Notes: generated from the letters alone by a model not told the origin. A DNA stretch of 64,000 nucleotides from Polyangiaceae bacterium (GCA_050287085.1 JBNKBE010000012.1:125773-189772), one strand, 5' to 3'; positions 37,269 to 47,898 are shown, numbered from the stretch's first letter. Made by a program: numbers and translations.

Positions 37269-38627
37269 ATGGCTGACGAGGAAGTGAATAAGAGCGTGTC
37301 CGCTGACCGGGCGTACGCATCCCAGCTCGCCGAGCGGATCCAGACCCGAAAGGCAGCTATCGGGGTTGTCGGACTCGGTTATGTCGGACTACCGCTGGCG
37401 CTCGCGCTCGCAGAAGGAACCTTTCGCGTCACCGGTTTCGACGTCGATCTGGCAAAGGTCATGCGGCTTGGCAAAGGCGAGTCCTACTTGGCGCACGTCT
37501 CGGCCGAACGGATCGCCGCGGCGACCGCCAAGGGTCGCCTGAACGCCACGGTGGACTACGACGTGCTGGCGAGCATGGACGTCATCATCATTGCCGTTCC
37601 CACACCGCTGACGCGGCATCGTGAACCCGACATGCACTTCGTCACGCGCACAACGCTGGAAATCAGTCAGCGGCTGCGCCGCGGCCAGCTCATCGTTCTT
37701 GAGTCGACCACGTATCCAGGAACGACCGAAGAACTCGTGCTCGACGCGCTACAAGACACTGGACTCCAAGTTGGCACGGACTTCTTCCTCGCCTTTTCCC
37801 CCGAACGCGAAGATCCAGGCAACGCGATGTTCACTACCCGAAGCGTTCCCAAGGTGGTCGGTGGCGTGGACGCCACGAGCGGTGCACTCGCCACCGAACT
37901 CTACGGCACCATTGTCGACCAAGTCGTCTCGGTCGCGAACGCGCGTACCGCCGAAGCCGTGAAGCTGACCGAAAACATATTTCGGGCAGTGAACATCGCC
38001 TTGGTCAACGAATTGAAGGTCGTCTACGACGCGATGGGCATCGACATCTGGGACGTATTGGACGCGGCCGCAACCAAGCCCTTTGGATTCATGCGCTTCG
38101 ATCCGGGACCTGGCCTGGGCGGGCATTGTATTCCCATCGACCCGTTCTACTTGACGTGGAAAGCTCGTGAGTTCGGACTTTCCACGCGCTTCATCGAGCT
38201 GGCAGGCGAGATCAACGTTGGCATGCCGCAGTACGTGATCGACAAAGTGCAGTCCGCACTCAACGACCGCGGCATCCCCCTGAAAGACGCTCGCGTGCTG
38301 CTGCTGGGGATCGCCTACAAGAAGGACCTGGACGACTGTCGAGAAAGCCCGGCCTTTGCGCTCCTGGACTTGTTGCGCCGCCGCGGGGCCACCATCGCTT
38401 ATCACGACCCACTCGTAGACGCGCTTCCAACGACCCGCGCATGGAAGCATCTTCTCCCCATGCGCAGCACACCGCTCACGCCGGAAACCCTGTCGGCGCA
38501 AGACGCCGTCGTCGTCGCAACGGACCACACCAGGGTCGACTACAATCTGGTCAAACGCCACGCGCGGATAGTCGTCGACTCCCGCGGGGTGTTCCGTGAA
38601 CCATTCCCCGGTCTCATTAAGGCCTAG
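37269..38627 (+). CDS. Nucleotide-sugar dehydrogenase (UDP-GlcNAc/ManNAc 6-dehydrogenase, WbpA/WecC-like)
   Basis: GLGYVGLP, VPTPL, ESTTYPGTT, SPEREDPGN, GGHCIPIDP, AYKK..DDCRESP. Confidence 0.93.
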   Translation: MADEEVNKSVSADRAYASQLAERIQTRKAAIGVVGLGYVGLPLALALAEGTFRVTGFDVDLAKVMRLGKGESYLAHVSAERIAAATAKGRLNATVDYDVLASMDVIIIAVPTPLTRHREPDMHFVTRTTLEISQRLRRGQLIVLESTTYPGTTEELVLDALQDTGLQVGTDFFLAFSPEREDPGNAMFTTRSVPKVVGGVDATSGALATELYGTIVDQVVSVANARTAEAVKLTENIFRAVNIALVNELKVVYDAMGIDIWDVLDAAATKPFGFMRFDPGPGLGGHCIPIDPFYLTWKAREFGLSTRFIELAGEINVGMPQYVIDKVQSALNDRGIPLKDARVLLLGIAYKKDLDDCRESPAFALLDLLRRRGATIAYHDPLVDALPTTRAWKHLLPMRSTPLTPETLSAQDAVVVATDHTRVDYNLVKRHARIVVDSRGVFREPFPGLIKA

Positions 38628-38677
38628 ACCTGGGGGAGACCAAGCGCAAGGCGCCCCTCTGAACCCGCCCCTTGTCT

Positions 38678-40198
38678 TCAGGTGCCTTGCAGCGGTAGGC
38701 GCAGTTCGAATACCACCCCCCGCGGCTCTCTCGCTCGGCACGCTATGGTGCCCCCGTGAGCCTCGACAATCTGACGCGAAATCGCCAAACCCAAGCCCGT
38801 TCCACCTTTCTTGGTCGAGAAGAAGGGTTCAAATAGGTGCTCGCGTGCACTAGCTGACAGCCCACCGCCCTCGTCAGCGACGAAGAGCAGGGCGTTGGCT
38901 CCTTCGCGGCGAGTACCGAGCACCGCAGTCCCCCCCGACGGCATCGCCTGCCGCGCGTTGCGGAGCAGGTTGTGGATGACCTGCCGAAGTTGACGCTCAT
39001 CAACTTGCACATCTAGAGATCCCGTCGCGAAATCGCATTCGAGATTCACTCCGCTGGCTTCGAACTCTCGCCGCACGAAGGCCGCCGCTTCTTGCCCAAC
39101 AAGCGAAAGATCCTCCGCTCGCAAATCTGGATCGTTGCGCCGAGCGACCGACAAGTACTGCTCGGTCAACTCTGTTAAACGCTCAAGTTCTCTTTGAATA
39201 GCGGCGCACAACTCATGGGCCTCGGGTGAAGCGACCGCAAGCTCTTCCTCCAACAGCTCAATGTTGAGGTTGATCGACGAAAGTGGGTTTCTCAGTTCGT
39301 GGGTTACCTGAGCTGCCATCTTTCCGATCGCGGCAAGACGCTCAGCCTCGACCAGCTCTCGATTCGCCTTCGCTATCGCGGCCACCATCGACTCGAAGGT
39401 ACGAGCAAGCTCTCCGATTTCGTCATTGCCGGCGACAACGTCCCGCGGGGTAAAATCACCTCGCGCCACCGCGTTGGCTCGTTGCGTGACGGCCACCAAC
39501 GGACGCAGCAACTGTCGGGTATAGAGTGCCAGAGACCCACCAAAAAGCACCGTAAAGGCACCCCACGTCAGGAGTATCTGAAGCGAAGAACGTTCGTGGC
39601 GAACCGCTTCGGCCATCAGCGTGTCCAGCTGAAGCGTGACGCGCTCCTCCAGATTGCGCAGTCGAATCAGCGCCTGAGTGCCACGCGTAACAAGCTCGTC
39701 CCGCAGCACCTCAGCCTGCCCTATCTCGTCACGGCCCAGCATGTCGAACAACTGCAGGAGCGCCGCCTCGTCGCCCGCCAAGAACTCCTCAATGGAGGCA
39801 ACCTCACGCCCCAGCTCGACACGACTCGGCTCGCTGTCGTCAAATGCACGCCTGAGCGCGACCCGAATCTGCTGAAAGACCCGAGGGCGGCCAACGGATA
39901 GCGCAGAAGCAAACCAAGCCTCCTTGTCGGCCGGATTTCGCGCTTCGGTAATGTAGTTAAGCTGAGAGTTGTAGGTGTTTTGACTAGCCACCGCGTCGCG
40001 CAACGCCAACGCAAATGGCAGGTACCCACCGCGGGTGCGTTCCAGGGCCCCCACGCTGCTGTGCTGTCCCCACGCCGCGTAGCCCGCGACGGACGCGAAG
40101 GCTAGCGTGACCACCACGTACAGCCCAAGCACGCGCGCGAGAACGGTGCGACGAGTGGGTCTGCGCTCACCTCGTTCGCTACCACTTGCCCGCCTCAC
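38678..40198 (-). CDS. Membrane HAMP-domain sensor histidine kinase (NtrY/NtrB-like)
   Basis: Two TM helices around a helical periplasmic domain, HAMP (DEIGELARTF), VTHELRNPL, NLLRNA, PFFSTK.GGTGLGL. Start uncertain. Confidence 0.9.
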   Translation of the reverse strand: MRRASGSERGERRPTRRTVLARVLGLYVVVTLAFASVAGYAAWGQHSSVGALERTRGGYLPFALALRDAVASQNTYNSQLNYITEARNPADKEAWFASALSVGRPRVFQQIRVALRRAFDDSEPSRVELGREVASIEEFLAGDEAALLQLFDMLGRDEIGQAEVLRDELVTRGTQALIRLRNLEERVTLQLDTLMAEAVRHERSSLQILLTWGAFTVLFGGSLALYTRQLLRPLVAVTQRANAVARGDFTPRDVVAGNDEIGELARTFESMVAAIAKANRELVEAERLAAIGKMAAQVTHELRNPLSSINLNIELLEEELAVASPEAHELCAAIQRELERLTELTEQYLSVARRNDPDLRAEDLSLVGQEAAAFVRREFEASGVNLECDFATGSLDVQVDERQLRQVIHNLLRNARQAMPSGGTAVLGTRREGANALLFVADEGGGLSASAREHLFEPFFSTKKGGTGLGLAISRQIVEAHGGTIACRAREPRGVVFELRLPLQGT

Positions 40199-40315
40199 CG
40201 TGCGCCTCGTTGGTGAGCGGAAAACGGAATCCCAGCAACACCCAACGGGCGCCTGTCGTTCTGTGCCATCAGCTCCAGGCAAGGCGCGCAGCGCCCTCCG
40301 GAACGCAGAACTACA

Positions 40316-42163
40316 CTACACCCGCAGCTGAGCATCGGAGGAAAGGGCAGAACCTCGGTCCGTCCGCGCCCCGTCCTGTGGCGATGCGGGTTGCGGCAGG
40401 CGAATCTCGAATCGCGTGCCTTTCGGTTGGGCAATACACGCGACGGTACCGCCATGCTCTTCGACCACCTTCTTGACGATCGCAAGGCCCAATCCAGTCC
40501 CATTCTTCTTACCAGCCGTGACAAATGACTGGAACAGCTTATCCTGAATTTCGGGCGGGATACCGGGACCGGTGTCTGAAACGGCGATCAAGAGTTCATC
40601 CTGAACCATTTGGGCCGATATCGTCAGCACCCCGCCGGTGTTGGTCATAGCCTCAACCGCATTGCGCGCGAGGTTCTGAATCGCACGCGCAATCTTGTTT
40701 TCGTCGAAACGCGCCACCAACTTGGTATCGATGTCGAGTTCCAATTCGATCGCGCGACCGTCGATGGTCGGTGCCAAGCTCTGGCGAAGATCGGCAAAGA
40801 ACTTGTGCAGGAACACCCGTCGCACAAAGATGTGCTTCTCCCCACGCGCAAACTCGAGCACCTCCTTCTGCATGGAGGCCAAGAGATCGAACTGACTGAG
40901 AACCTTCTGCAGATGTTCCTGTCTGGCCGCCGCGTCGTCGGTCAAGGCCATCAACTGCGCGTGCCCGCTGATGACGGTCAACGGGGTCTTGAAATCATGG
41001 ATCACCTGACTCAGCAAGCGGCCAATGCTCGTCAATCGCTCCGTGCGTTCGCGCTCGGCGTTAACCGAATACAGTCGCAGCGCGGTGCTGACATTGGCAC
41101 TAACCAGCTTCAGTAGGTCTTCATCAGCCGGACTGAATGGGCGCGCGCCCCGCTTTCCAACCAAGGCCACAGCGCCCATGGCTTGGTCCTCGCCGTCGAG
41201 ATGGCAAGCAAGCAGGGATTCCGCGGAAAACGGAATGTGCCCCTCCATGTCTGGACTCCAGCGCGGATCCTTGCGCATGCGGCGAATGTTGAGCAGGTCG
41301 CGCTGATTCATCGCGGCACCGAGCAAGCCATCGCCATGACGAACCCCGAAGCGCGTGAGCTTGCCCCCGCCGTCGGCGTCGAATACGTACTGCACGAGAT
41401 CACCCGTGTCACCGGCCACAACCAACGCCGCACCGCGGGCGTCACAGGCGCGGGCAGCCAGGGAAAGGGCCGCAGAAATCAGCTCCTCTGACGTCTGGGC
41501 TCGAGACGTCGCTTGCTCGAGTTCGAAGAGCAGCTCGAGGTCTCGAACCTTTCGTTCGAGCTTGTCCTTGGTGTCGAGAAGCTGACGGTTCTTCTGCACC
41601 AGCGTGAGAAACAGTCGCGAGTTGTCAATCGCCACCGCCGCCTGAGTGCTCAGTGTCATGAGGATGCTCTCATCCTCGTCCGTGAAGGTGCCGCTAGATT
41701 TATTGAGAACCTGGATTACTCCGATTGTGCGGCCAAGGTGATTCTTGAGTGGGGCGGCCAACATGCAGGTAGTTCGGTAACCCGTGAGCAAGTCCCACTC
41801 CGGCTCGAAGCGTGGATCTTTATACGCTTCGCTCACCCGAATAGGACGTCCCGTCTGGGCCACGGCGCCCGCGATGCCATGCCCGAGGCGGACGCGGATA
41901 GAGCGAACCTTGGAGCCGACTACAACGCGGCTCACGAGGTCTCCGCTCTTATCGTCGACCAGGTAGAGCGTCGACCGATCCGCTTCGAGCAATTCCGTGA
42001 GCCGACCCAGTATCAGCTCCAAGAGGTCGTCAAGATCGAGTGTGGTGCCGAGCGCAACCCCCACCTCGCGAAGCGCAGCAGCCACTCGGGATTCGCGGCT
42101 TAGCGAAGCTTGCAGCTCCGCAACACGCAGCTCCTCCGCAGATTGTGGCTCTGACTCGCTCAC
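40316..42163 (-). CDS. Cytoplasmic double-GAF sensor histidine kinase
   Basis: GAF motifs (GIAG.VA.TG, GVIQVLNK..G.FT..DE), HDFKTPL, NLARNA, DTGPGI, GTGLGL. Confidence 0.92.
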   Translation of the reverse strand: MSESEPQSAEELRVAELQASLSRESRVAAALREVGVALGTTLDLDDLLELILGRLTELLEADRSTLYLVDDKSGDLVSRVVVGSKVRSIRVRLGHGIAGAVAQTGRPIRVSEAYKDPRFEPEWDLLTGYRTTCMLAAPLKNHLGRTIGVIQVLNKSSGTFTDEDESILMTLSTQAAVAIDNSRLFLTLVQKNRQLLDTKDKLERKVRDLELLFELEQATSRAQTSEELISAALSLAARACDARGAALVVAGDTGDLVQYVFDADGGGKLTRFGVRHGDGLLGAAMNQRDLLNIRRMRKDPRWSPDMEGHIPFSAESLLACHLDGEDQAMGAVALVGKRGARPFSPADEDLLKLVSANVSTALRLYSVNAERERTERLTSIGRLLSQVIHDFKTPLTVISGHAQLMALTDDAAARQEHLQKVLSQFDLLASMQKEVLEFARGEKHIFVRRVFLHKFFADLRQSLAPTIDGRAIELELDIDTKLVARFDENKIARAIQNLARNAVEAMTNTGGVLTISAQMVQDELLIAVSDTGPGIPPEIQDKLFQSFVTAGKKNGTGLGLAIVKKVVEEHGGTVACIAQPKGTRFEIRLPQPASPQDGARTDRGSALSSDAQLRV

Positions 42164-42378
42164 GCTATGACCTCACCATACCTGCCACGCTGAAATCCAG
42201 TCGTCCCGGAGGTTCGATGGGTGTTTCCACCGAACGTGGGCGCCGAACACCGCGGTCAGAATACGGCCAAACTCGCTCTCGCTCTTGGCCGCCGGACCGA
42301 TATGGCTCAGCAGCGAGATCGGAGCGTGGCGTTCCTGATGCTTTGGACCTAATTACTGGTATTGCGAGAGGCGACTCC

Positions 42379-42657
42379 ATGGCGTTGAAACAGTTGCAAC
42401 TCATCATTCGTGGGCGCGTACAAGGCGTGTACTTTCGGGCCTCTACCCAGCGCGAGGCACGTCGCTTGGGGCTCAGCGGTTGGGTCAAGAATCGCCCTGA
42501 CGGCTCTCTGGAAATCCTGGCCGAGGGTGAAGAAGCGGCGATTCGCGAGCTCTACGGGTGGTCCCAACGCGGTCCAAGCGCGGCGCGAGTCGACAAGGTC
42601 GACACCCGTTGGCGCAGCTTCACTGGGGATCACCCTGACTTCCGCATCGTCGACTGA
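42379..42657 (+). CDS. acyP: Acylphosphatase
   Basis: GRVQGVYFR, GWVKNRPDGS.E, GPSAARV. Confidence 0.92.
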   Translation: MALKQLQLIIRGRVQGVYFRASTQREARRLGLSGWVKNRPDGSLEILAEGEEAAIRELYGWSQRGPSAARVDKVDTRWRSFTGDHPDFRIVD

Positions 42658-42664
42658 ACCTGCA

Positions 42665-44227
42665 TTGCACTCATTGGGCGCGAAGAGAAAGCCTCCGCGA
42701 CGCGGCGCGTGCCTCCTGGTGCTCGCCCTATTGGGTACGTGCACAGCAACCGTGGCGCACGCTGAACTTGAGGCGGAGGAACCCAATCTGAAAGCCGCGG
42801 CGCACGCTTTTCAACCGCCACTATTGCCGCTGCCGGAACGCCCAACACGGAAGCTACCCCCGGCCTCGGACGAAGAGCGCGCCGTCTTGGATAGGTTGCT
42901 CGCCCAGCTCAGCAGTCCCGATCGCGCGTCGCGACTTGTGGCCGCAGAGGAAGTGCACAACGTCGACGAGAGCCTGCTGCCGGCGATCGTGGAGCGGATC
43001 GACCGCGAAGCCACAAACGCCAATCGCGTTGCAATGAAGGCGTATCTACTCGACGTACGGCGGAGCGCGCGAGACAAGCTGAAAGCCCAGATGGTAGCTG
43101 CGGGTCGGCAGGGCGAAGTCGAGACGCCTGACTACCTGCAGATGCTCGTACAATACGGCAGCCCAGAAGCCAAACCCTACGATTCCTTGGTACGCGTGCT
43201 GGCACTCAGTCGAATGTGCGTGTCCTTGGCAAGCACGCCAGCCGTACGCCTGCTCCTGCGCGTCTATGTGCGCTTCGCATTTCTGAGAATCGACACTCAA
43301 CTTCAGCTGAAGGCTCTGGGCGACAAGGCGCTTCCGGCATTGATCGAATTGACCCGGCATCCGGCACCTCAGGTTGCTTCCTGGGCACGACGACAGCTGG
43401 ACTTCTTCGGCAAGGCAATTCCCAGCGAGACGGTTGGCGTCGCGGATCCCCACGCTTTGGCTGACATCCTCCGCGCCTACGGATATACGAAAAACCCGGA
43501 CGCAGGTCGCCTGATAGCGTCATTTGCCAATAGCGAGAACTCCGAAATTCGGACAGCTGCACGCCAAGCCATAGTTCTGCAGGGTGAACACATTCTCTGG
43601 CAGTTGCGCGATACCTACGAAGATACGGTCGGCAGCAAGCCAGCCCGCGAGTGGGGTTGGGAACGCACTGCGCAGGAGCTCTTCCGAGAATACGACCGTT
43701 TGCGTCTAGCAGAGGTCTACGAAGCATTCGAAGCTGGTGTTCTGGCCCTGCGCCAAGACGACCTCGCGGAAGCTCGCCTACGCTTCAACCAAGTGCTCAG
43801 TCGCGCTCCCACCTTCGCCAATCGAGCGCCCATCGTCGACGGGTACCTACGCTACGCAGAGAAGTACCATGACAAACATCCTGAGGAAACCGTGGATGCC
43901 CTGTCTCGTGCCGAACGACTGACAAGCGACGACGCGATCCGCCGCAGGGCTCGGAGCTTGCGGCTTACCATCCGAGCGCAGCAGAGACTCGAGCAGACGC
44001 AAGTTGCTGACCGTGCTCTACTCACAGAAGCGTTGGAGCTGGACCCTAGCAACGGCCGGGCGCAGGACCTGCTGTCGGCGATGAGCCGCGACGCAGACGC
44101 TCGCGATCGCACTTGGTGGCATAGGCGTGCGCCCCTTTGGCTACTCATACTTGGCGCTGCGGCGGCCTTCGTCGTCATCTTGCGCGGGGCGCTGCGCTCG
44201 TCTTCCGATCGACAGAATCTTGCTTGA
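42665..44227 (+). CDS. Exported alpha-helical (HEAT/TPR-like) protein with C-terminal TM anchor
   Basis: Signal peptide ending AHA, ALELDPSN TPR-like segment and a C-terminal hydrophobic helix. Start uncertain; the track ORF overlaps acyP. Confidence 0.7.
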   Translation: MHSLGAKRKPPRRGACLLVLALLGTCTATVAHAELEAEEPNLKAAAHAFQPPLLPLPERPTRKLPPASDEERAVLDRLLAQLSSPDRASRLVAAEEVHNVDESLLPAIVERIDREATNANRVAMKAYLLDVRRSARDKLKAQMVAAGRQGEVETPDYLQMLVQYGSPEAKPYDSLVRVLALSRMCVSLASTPAVRLLLRVYVRFAFLRIDTQLQLKALGDKALPALIELTRHPAPQVASWARRQLDFFGKAIPSETVGVADPHALADILRAYGYTKNPDAGRLIASFANSENSEIRTAARQAIVLQGEHILWQLRDTYEDTVGSKPAREWGWERTAQELFREYDRLRLAEVYEAFEAGVLALRQDDLAEARLRFNQVLSRAPTFANRAPIVDGYLRYAEKYHDKHPEETVDALSRAERLTSDDAIRRRARSLRLTIRAQQRLEQTQVADRALLTEALELDPSNGRAQDLLSAMSRDADARDRTWWHRRAPLWLLILGAAAAFVVILRGALRSSSDRQNLA

Positions 44228-44232
44228 GGCCC

Positions 44233-45168
44233 CTATCCAAACTGGATAGCCGAGACCTGAACACCCAGCACCGGCCCAGAGAAGGGCACCGATCCCGTCT
44301 CTTGCTCTCCGGCACCCAGTACCACGTGTAATGGCAGGAGGTGCTCTTCCCGAGGATGACAGTCGCGAGCAGCGGGAGCACGCTGCCAGTCCACAAGTGT
44401 CGCGGAACGAGCCTCCGTGGGCGCACTGCAAGCGGCCGTCTCTAGCCAACTCGCAAACGCCTCCGACGCAGCGCGACCCCGCCCGAGGAAGCCACGCATA
44501 TTGTGGTAGCTCATCCCGCTCCCTACGATCAACACGCCTTCGTCTCGCAAGGGGCGCAGTGCGCGGCCCATTCGAACGTGCTCCGCGGGATCGAGCCCCG
44601 CCTTGAGAGACAGCTGAACAACCGGTACTTGCCCATCCGGAAATGCCAACATCAGAGGCACGAAGGTCCCATGATCGAACCCGCGTGTGGGAGCTTCTGC
44701 GGAAGCAATGCCCGCGCTCGTCAAGAGCTGTCGCACACGCACGGCCAACTGCGGGTCTCCGGGCGCCGGCCAGGTGAGCTCGTAAGCGGCCTGCGGAAAG
44801 CCATAGTAGTCAAAGAGCAGCGGTGGTCGTTCACCGGTGGTCACGGTCGCCTCCGCCTCTTCCCAGTGGGCGGAAATGACAAGCACTGCGCGCAGCCGAC
44901 CTTCGAAAGCTTTCGGCAGTGCCCTCAGGTATTGTTCGAGTGGTGCGTACTGCGCCGGATCTCCAAAACCGATCTCGACAAAAGGCCAAGGACCACCGCC
45001 ATGAGGCAGGTATAACGTAGGAAGAGGCTTGGGTTGGTTCATGATTGGCGCCGGCTCATAGGACGCATCGCCCGTCCTAGCTCTGCGAAACAAAGCTCCA
45101 AACACAACGCTTCCGAAAGCGCCCAGAGCGAGGTTCCGTCGGCTTGGAAGCAGACTGCGTACGACCAT
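44233..45168 (-). CDS. Class III extradiol dioxygenase (DODA/YgiD/LigB family)
   Basis: PHGGGP, ISAHWE, DYYGFP, RGFDHG, GSGMSYHN, HPREEHLLPL. Alternative start at 45042. Confidence 0.9.
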   Translation of the reverse strand: MVVRSLLPSRRNLALGAFGSVVFGALFRRARTGDASYEPAPIMNQPKPLPTLYLPHGGGPWPFVEIGFGDPAQYAPLEQYLRALPKAFEGRLRAVLVISAHWEEAEATVTTGERPPLLFDYYGFPQAAYELTWPAPGDPQLAVRVRQLLTSAGIASAEAPTRGFDHGTFVPLMLAFPDGQVPVVQLSLKAGLDPAEHVRMGRALRPLRDEGVLIVGSGMSYHNMRGFLGRGRAASEAFASWLETAACSAPTEARSATLVDWQRAPAARDCHPREEHLLPLHVVLGAGEQETGSVPFSGPVLGVQVSAIQFG

Positions 45169-45316
45169 CGAAGGCTACGACCTAGCGCTGGGAAGCACCA
45201 ATGGCAACGGCAAGAGTGGTGTCACCCGGCTCGAACGCGCCTATCAGCCCAAGCGCTCCGGAACGTGGTACCCAGGAGTTGTCCGAGCAGACTCGGGCCG
45301 CCGAGCCACGAATCCG

Positions 45317-46243
45317 ATGCCAACACCCTCGCCCACACCCCCAAACGGCGCAAGCCCCGCGGTCCACATGCTAGTCGTTCTTGCCGTCGCCCTATGGCAA
45401 GGAATGATCGGCGTGCTGGTGAAGTGGATCCCGTGGCCGCCGCTTGCCTTGGTCTGTGCTCGATGCTCAATCGCAAGCCTGGCATTGTGGTCGCTGCACA
45501 TGCTGCGCAGGCGCATGAGGTCCACGCAGCCCCTTCCCACCGGTGGCGCACTGCGCTCGCGGGATCGCTGGATCGGTGGGCTCCTGCTCACGGGTCACTG
45601 GGGGCTCTTATTCATCGGCTACCGCGTGGCAGACGTTGGCCCCGTCCTGATCGCAGTCTTCACGTACCCGGTGTTGGCCAGTATCGCCGAACCCGTCGTA
45701 TTCAAGCGCCCCACCAACGCTCGACAGGTCCTGACCGCCGCTCTTGGAGCCACGGGGGTGATGTTCCTCGTGACCCCCGCCGAAGCCCAACACGATGGCA
45801 ACACGCTCGGAGTAGGGCTCGGTCTGCTCTCCGCTGCGTGCTTCGCTGCCCGCAACATTCACGCGCGAGTGGCTCTGCGTCAGGCGGATGCTGTCGAACT
45901 CATGGCTTGGCAGGTGTCCATCGTGGCGCTCATGCTTTCGCCGGCACTGCTCTCGCTTTCCGCGGCCGACTTCGCCCCGCACCAGCTCGGGTTGGTTCTG
46001 CTACTGGGGTTGTTGTTCACGGCCTTGCCGCACACCCTGCACGTCTGGGCCCACAAGGGGATGTCGGCGGCCGCCATTGGTATCATCGCCTCGCTGCAAG
46101 TCCTTTCTGGCATGATCCTGGCCTCGGTCTTGCTGGAAGAGCGCTTGGACGCCCATGTGTGGAGCGGCGCGGCCATCGTGGTCTTGGCGGTACTCATCGA
46201 AGGGGTGAGCTCCTGGCGCCAGCGGGCAGTTGGGGGTATGTGA
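45317..46243 (+). CDS. DMT/EamA family transporter
   Basis: About 10 TM helices in two repeats; TYP motif; LLEERL. Confidence 0.85.
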   Translation: MPTPSPTPPNGASPAVHMLVVLAVALWQGMIGVLVKWIPWPPLALVCARCSIASLALWSLHMLRRRMRSTQPLPTGGALRSRDRWIGGLLLTGHWGLLFIGYRVADVGPVLIAVFTYPVLASIAEPVVFKRPTNARQVLTAALGATGVMFLVTPAEAQHDGNTLGVGLGLLSAACFAARNIHARVALRQADAVELMAWQVSIVALMLSPALLSLSAADFAPHQLGLVLLLGLLFTALPHTLHVWAHKGMSAAAIGIIASLQVLSGMILASVLLEERLDAHVWSGAAIVVLAVLIEGVSSWRQRAVGGM

Positions 46244-46500
46244 GCAGGTTACGGTCCCTGCTCGTCGTTCACCGGAGAGCGGCGCTACCTCCGTCCCGAT
46301 GCAGCATGCCGTCCGATAGTGCGGGGTCCCACCATGCCAAAAACGAGATTCCAAGTCCCGGAAGCTCCACTTGGGCAGGAATTGTCTACGGGATCACCTG
46401 CGCCGAGGGGGGCTCTGGCGTAGCGCTGGCAATCGAGCTCAGCCGGTGCGTATATCACGCATGATATGCGGGATGGCGGCTGTTCCTTCGTCGCGCGCCC

Positions 46501-47898
46501 ATGACTCCCTGCTTGATGAAACGCGAAAAAATTATGAACCGACGCCCCCCCCGAAAGTCCGCATCCTGCATGTTGGCAGTCCTTGGAGCCGCTGGTTTCA
46601 TGGTCGCCTGCTCTGAGTCTAGCGACCCTGCGAGCCCCAGTCAAAGCGGAGGTACTTCGGGCATGGTCGGCACCGCCGGCGCCGGCAATGCAACCAACGC
46701 GGGCGCGACGATGCAAGACGCAGCAGGTTCCGGCGGAATGCCCGCCGCTGGTGCCGGCGGGGAGCCCGCTACGCCGACGGCTGGCACTGGCGGAACGGCG
46801 GGCGCCGACAACAGCGCCGGAGCAGCGGGTGCTCCCCCCATGACCGATAACGACGCCGGCATGAATCCGGACATGGTGGTTCCGGACGCAGGCGGTGGTG
46901 ACATGGGTGAGCCGGGTCTTCCTGAATTGCCAGATCCCGGCACCGAGGGTGACGGCGACTTTGAGGCGGGCCCCAACTACGGCACTCAGCCAGAGCTCAC
47001 CAATCAGGGGAACCCCAAGGGGCGCACCTTTCGCTTCAACATGCGCCTCGCCGACAGCAAGATCTTCGACGGCACTGACTCCACGCTCGATCCGGGCAAG
47101 GGCGTAAACCAGAGCCGCGGGATCACCGTCTACGTTCCAGCTCAATACCAAGACGGAACCCCCGCTCCCGTGCTCGTGATTCAAGATGGCCCGGGTCCCA
47201 TCGACATGATCGGCAACGCGCTGGACAATCTAACCGTATCCAACGACCCGAACCGCAAACTCCCGCCCTTCATCGCAATCGGCGTCCAGAACGGTGGCAA
47301 CGACGCACAGGGCAGCGAGCGCGGACTAGAGTACGACACGCTGTCAGACCGCTATGCGCGTTTCATCGACGAAGAAGTGCTCCCGGCAGTGATAGCAGAC
47401 TCCGCCGTTAGCATGGCCTACCCCAACTTGAAGTTCACGACCAACCCCTCGGGTCGCGCCGCTTTTGGTTGCAGCTCCGGCGGTGCTGCCGCGTTTACGA
47501 TGGCCTGGTTCCGCCCCGATCTATTCAGCCGCGTCATTGCCTACTCGACTACCTTGGTCGATCAGCAGAATCATAGCTCGGCTGAATACGCGATATACCC
47601 GCACGGTGCCTGGGACTACCACTCGGAGCTGGAACTGATCCAGAACTCAGACAAGAAGCCAATCCGTGTGTTCATCAACGTCAACGAAAACGATCTGCGC
47701 TCCACCGACGCGGAGTCGACGTTGCACAATTGGGTCATGGCCAACGAGCGTACCGCGGAAGATCTAGCGGCAAAGGACTATCACTACCGATACGTGCTCG
47801 GCCGAGGACGCGGACACTGTGACCTCGGCGTGCAGCAAGGCACACTGGCAGACGCGCTGGTCTGGGCGTGGCGCGGCTACGAACCCGACACTGAGTAG
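46501..47898 (+). CDS. Alpha/beta-hydrolase esterase (enterochelin-esterase-like) lipoprotein
   Basis: Lipobox MVAC, Gly/Ala linker, VYVPAQY, QDG, ERGLEYD, GCSSGG nucleophile elbow. Start may be 46516 or 46534. Confidence 0.85.
   Translation: MTPCLMKREKIMNRRPPRKSASCMLAVLGAAGFMVACSESSDPASPSQSGGTSGMVGTAGAGNATNAGATMQDAAGSGGMPAAGAGGEPATPTAGTGGTAGADNSAGAAGAPPMTDNDAGMNPDMVVPDAGGGDMGEPGLPELPDPGTEGDGDFEAGPNYGTQPELTNQGNPKGRTFRFNMRLADSKIFDGTDSTLDPGKGVNQSRGITVYVPAQYQDGTPAPVLVIQDGPGPIDMIGNALDNLTVSNDPNRKLPPFIAIGVQNGGNDAQGSERGLEYDTLSDRYARFIDEEVLPAVIADSAVSMAYPNLKFTTNPSGRAAFGCSSGGAAAFTMAWFRPDLFSRVIAYSTTLVDQQNHSSAEYAIYPHGAWDYHSELELIQNSDKKPIRVFINVNENDLRSTDAESTLHNWVMANERTAEDLAAKDYHYRYVLGRGRGHCDLGVQQGTLADALVWAWRGYEPDTE

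Noticed and set aside
45034..46464. 476-aa ORF overlapping the DMT transporter, and similar long shadow ORFs (9826-10746, 20335-21321, 27582-28490, 31643-32593, 37749-38741)
   Set aside because: Alternate-frame or antisense ORFs over well-supported genes, with no recognisable motifs; expected in high-GC DNA.
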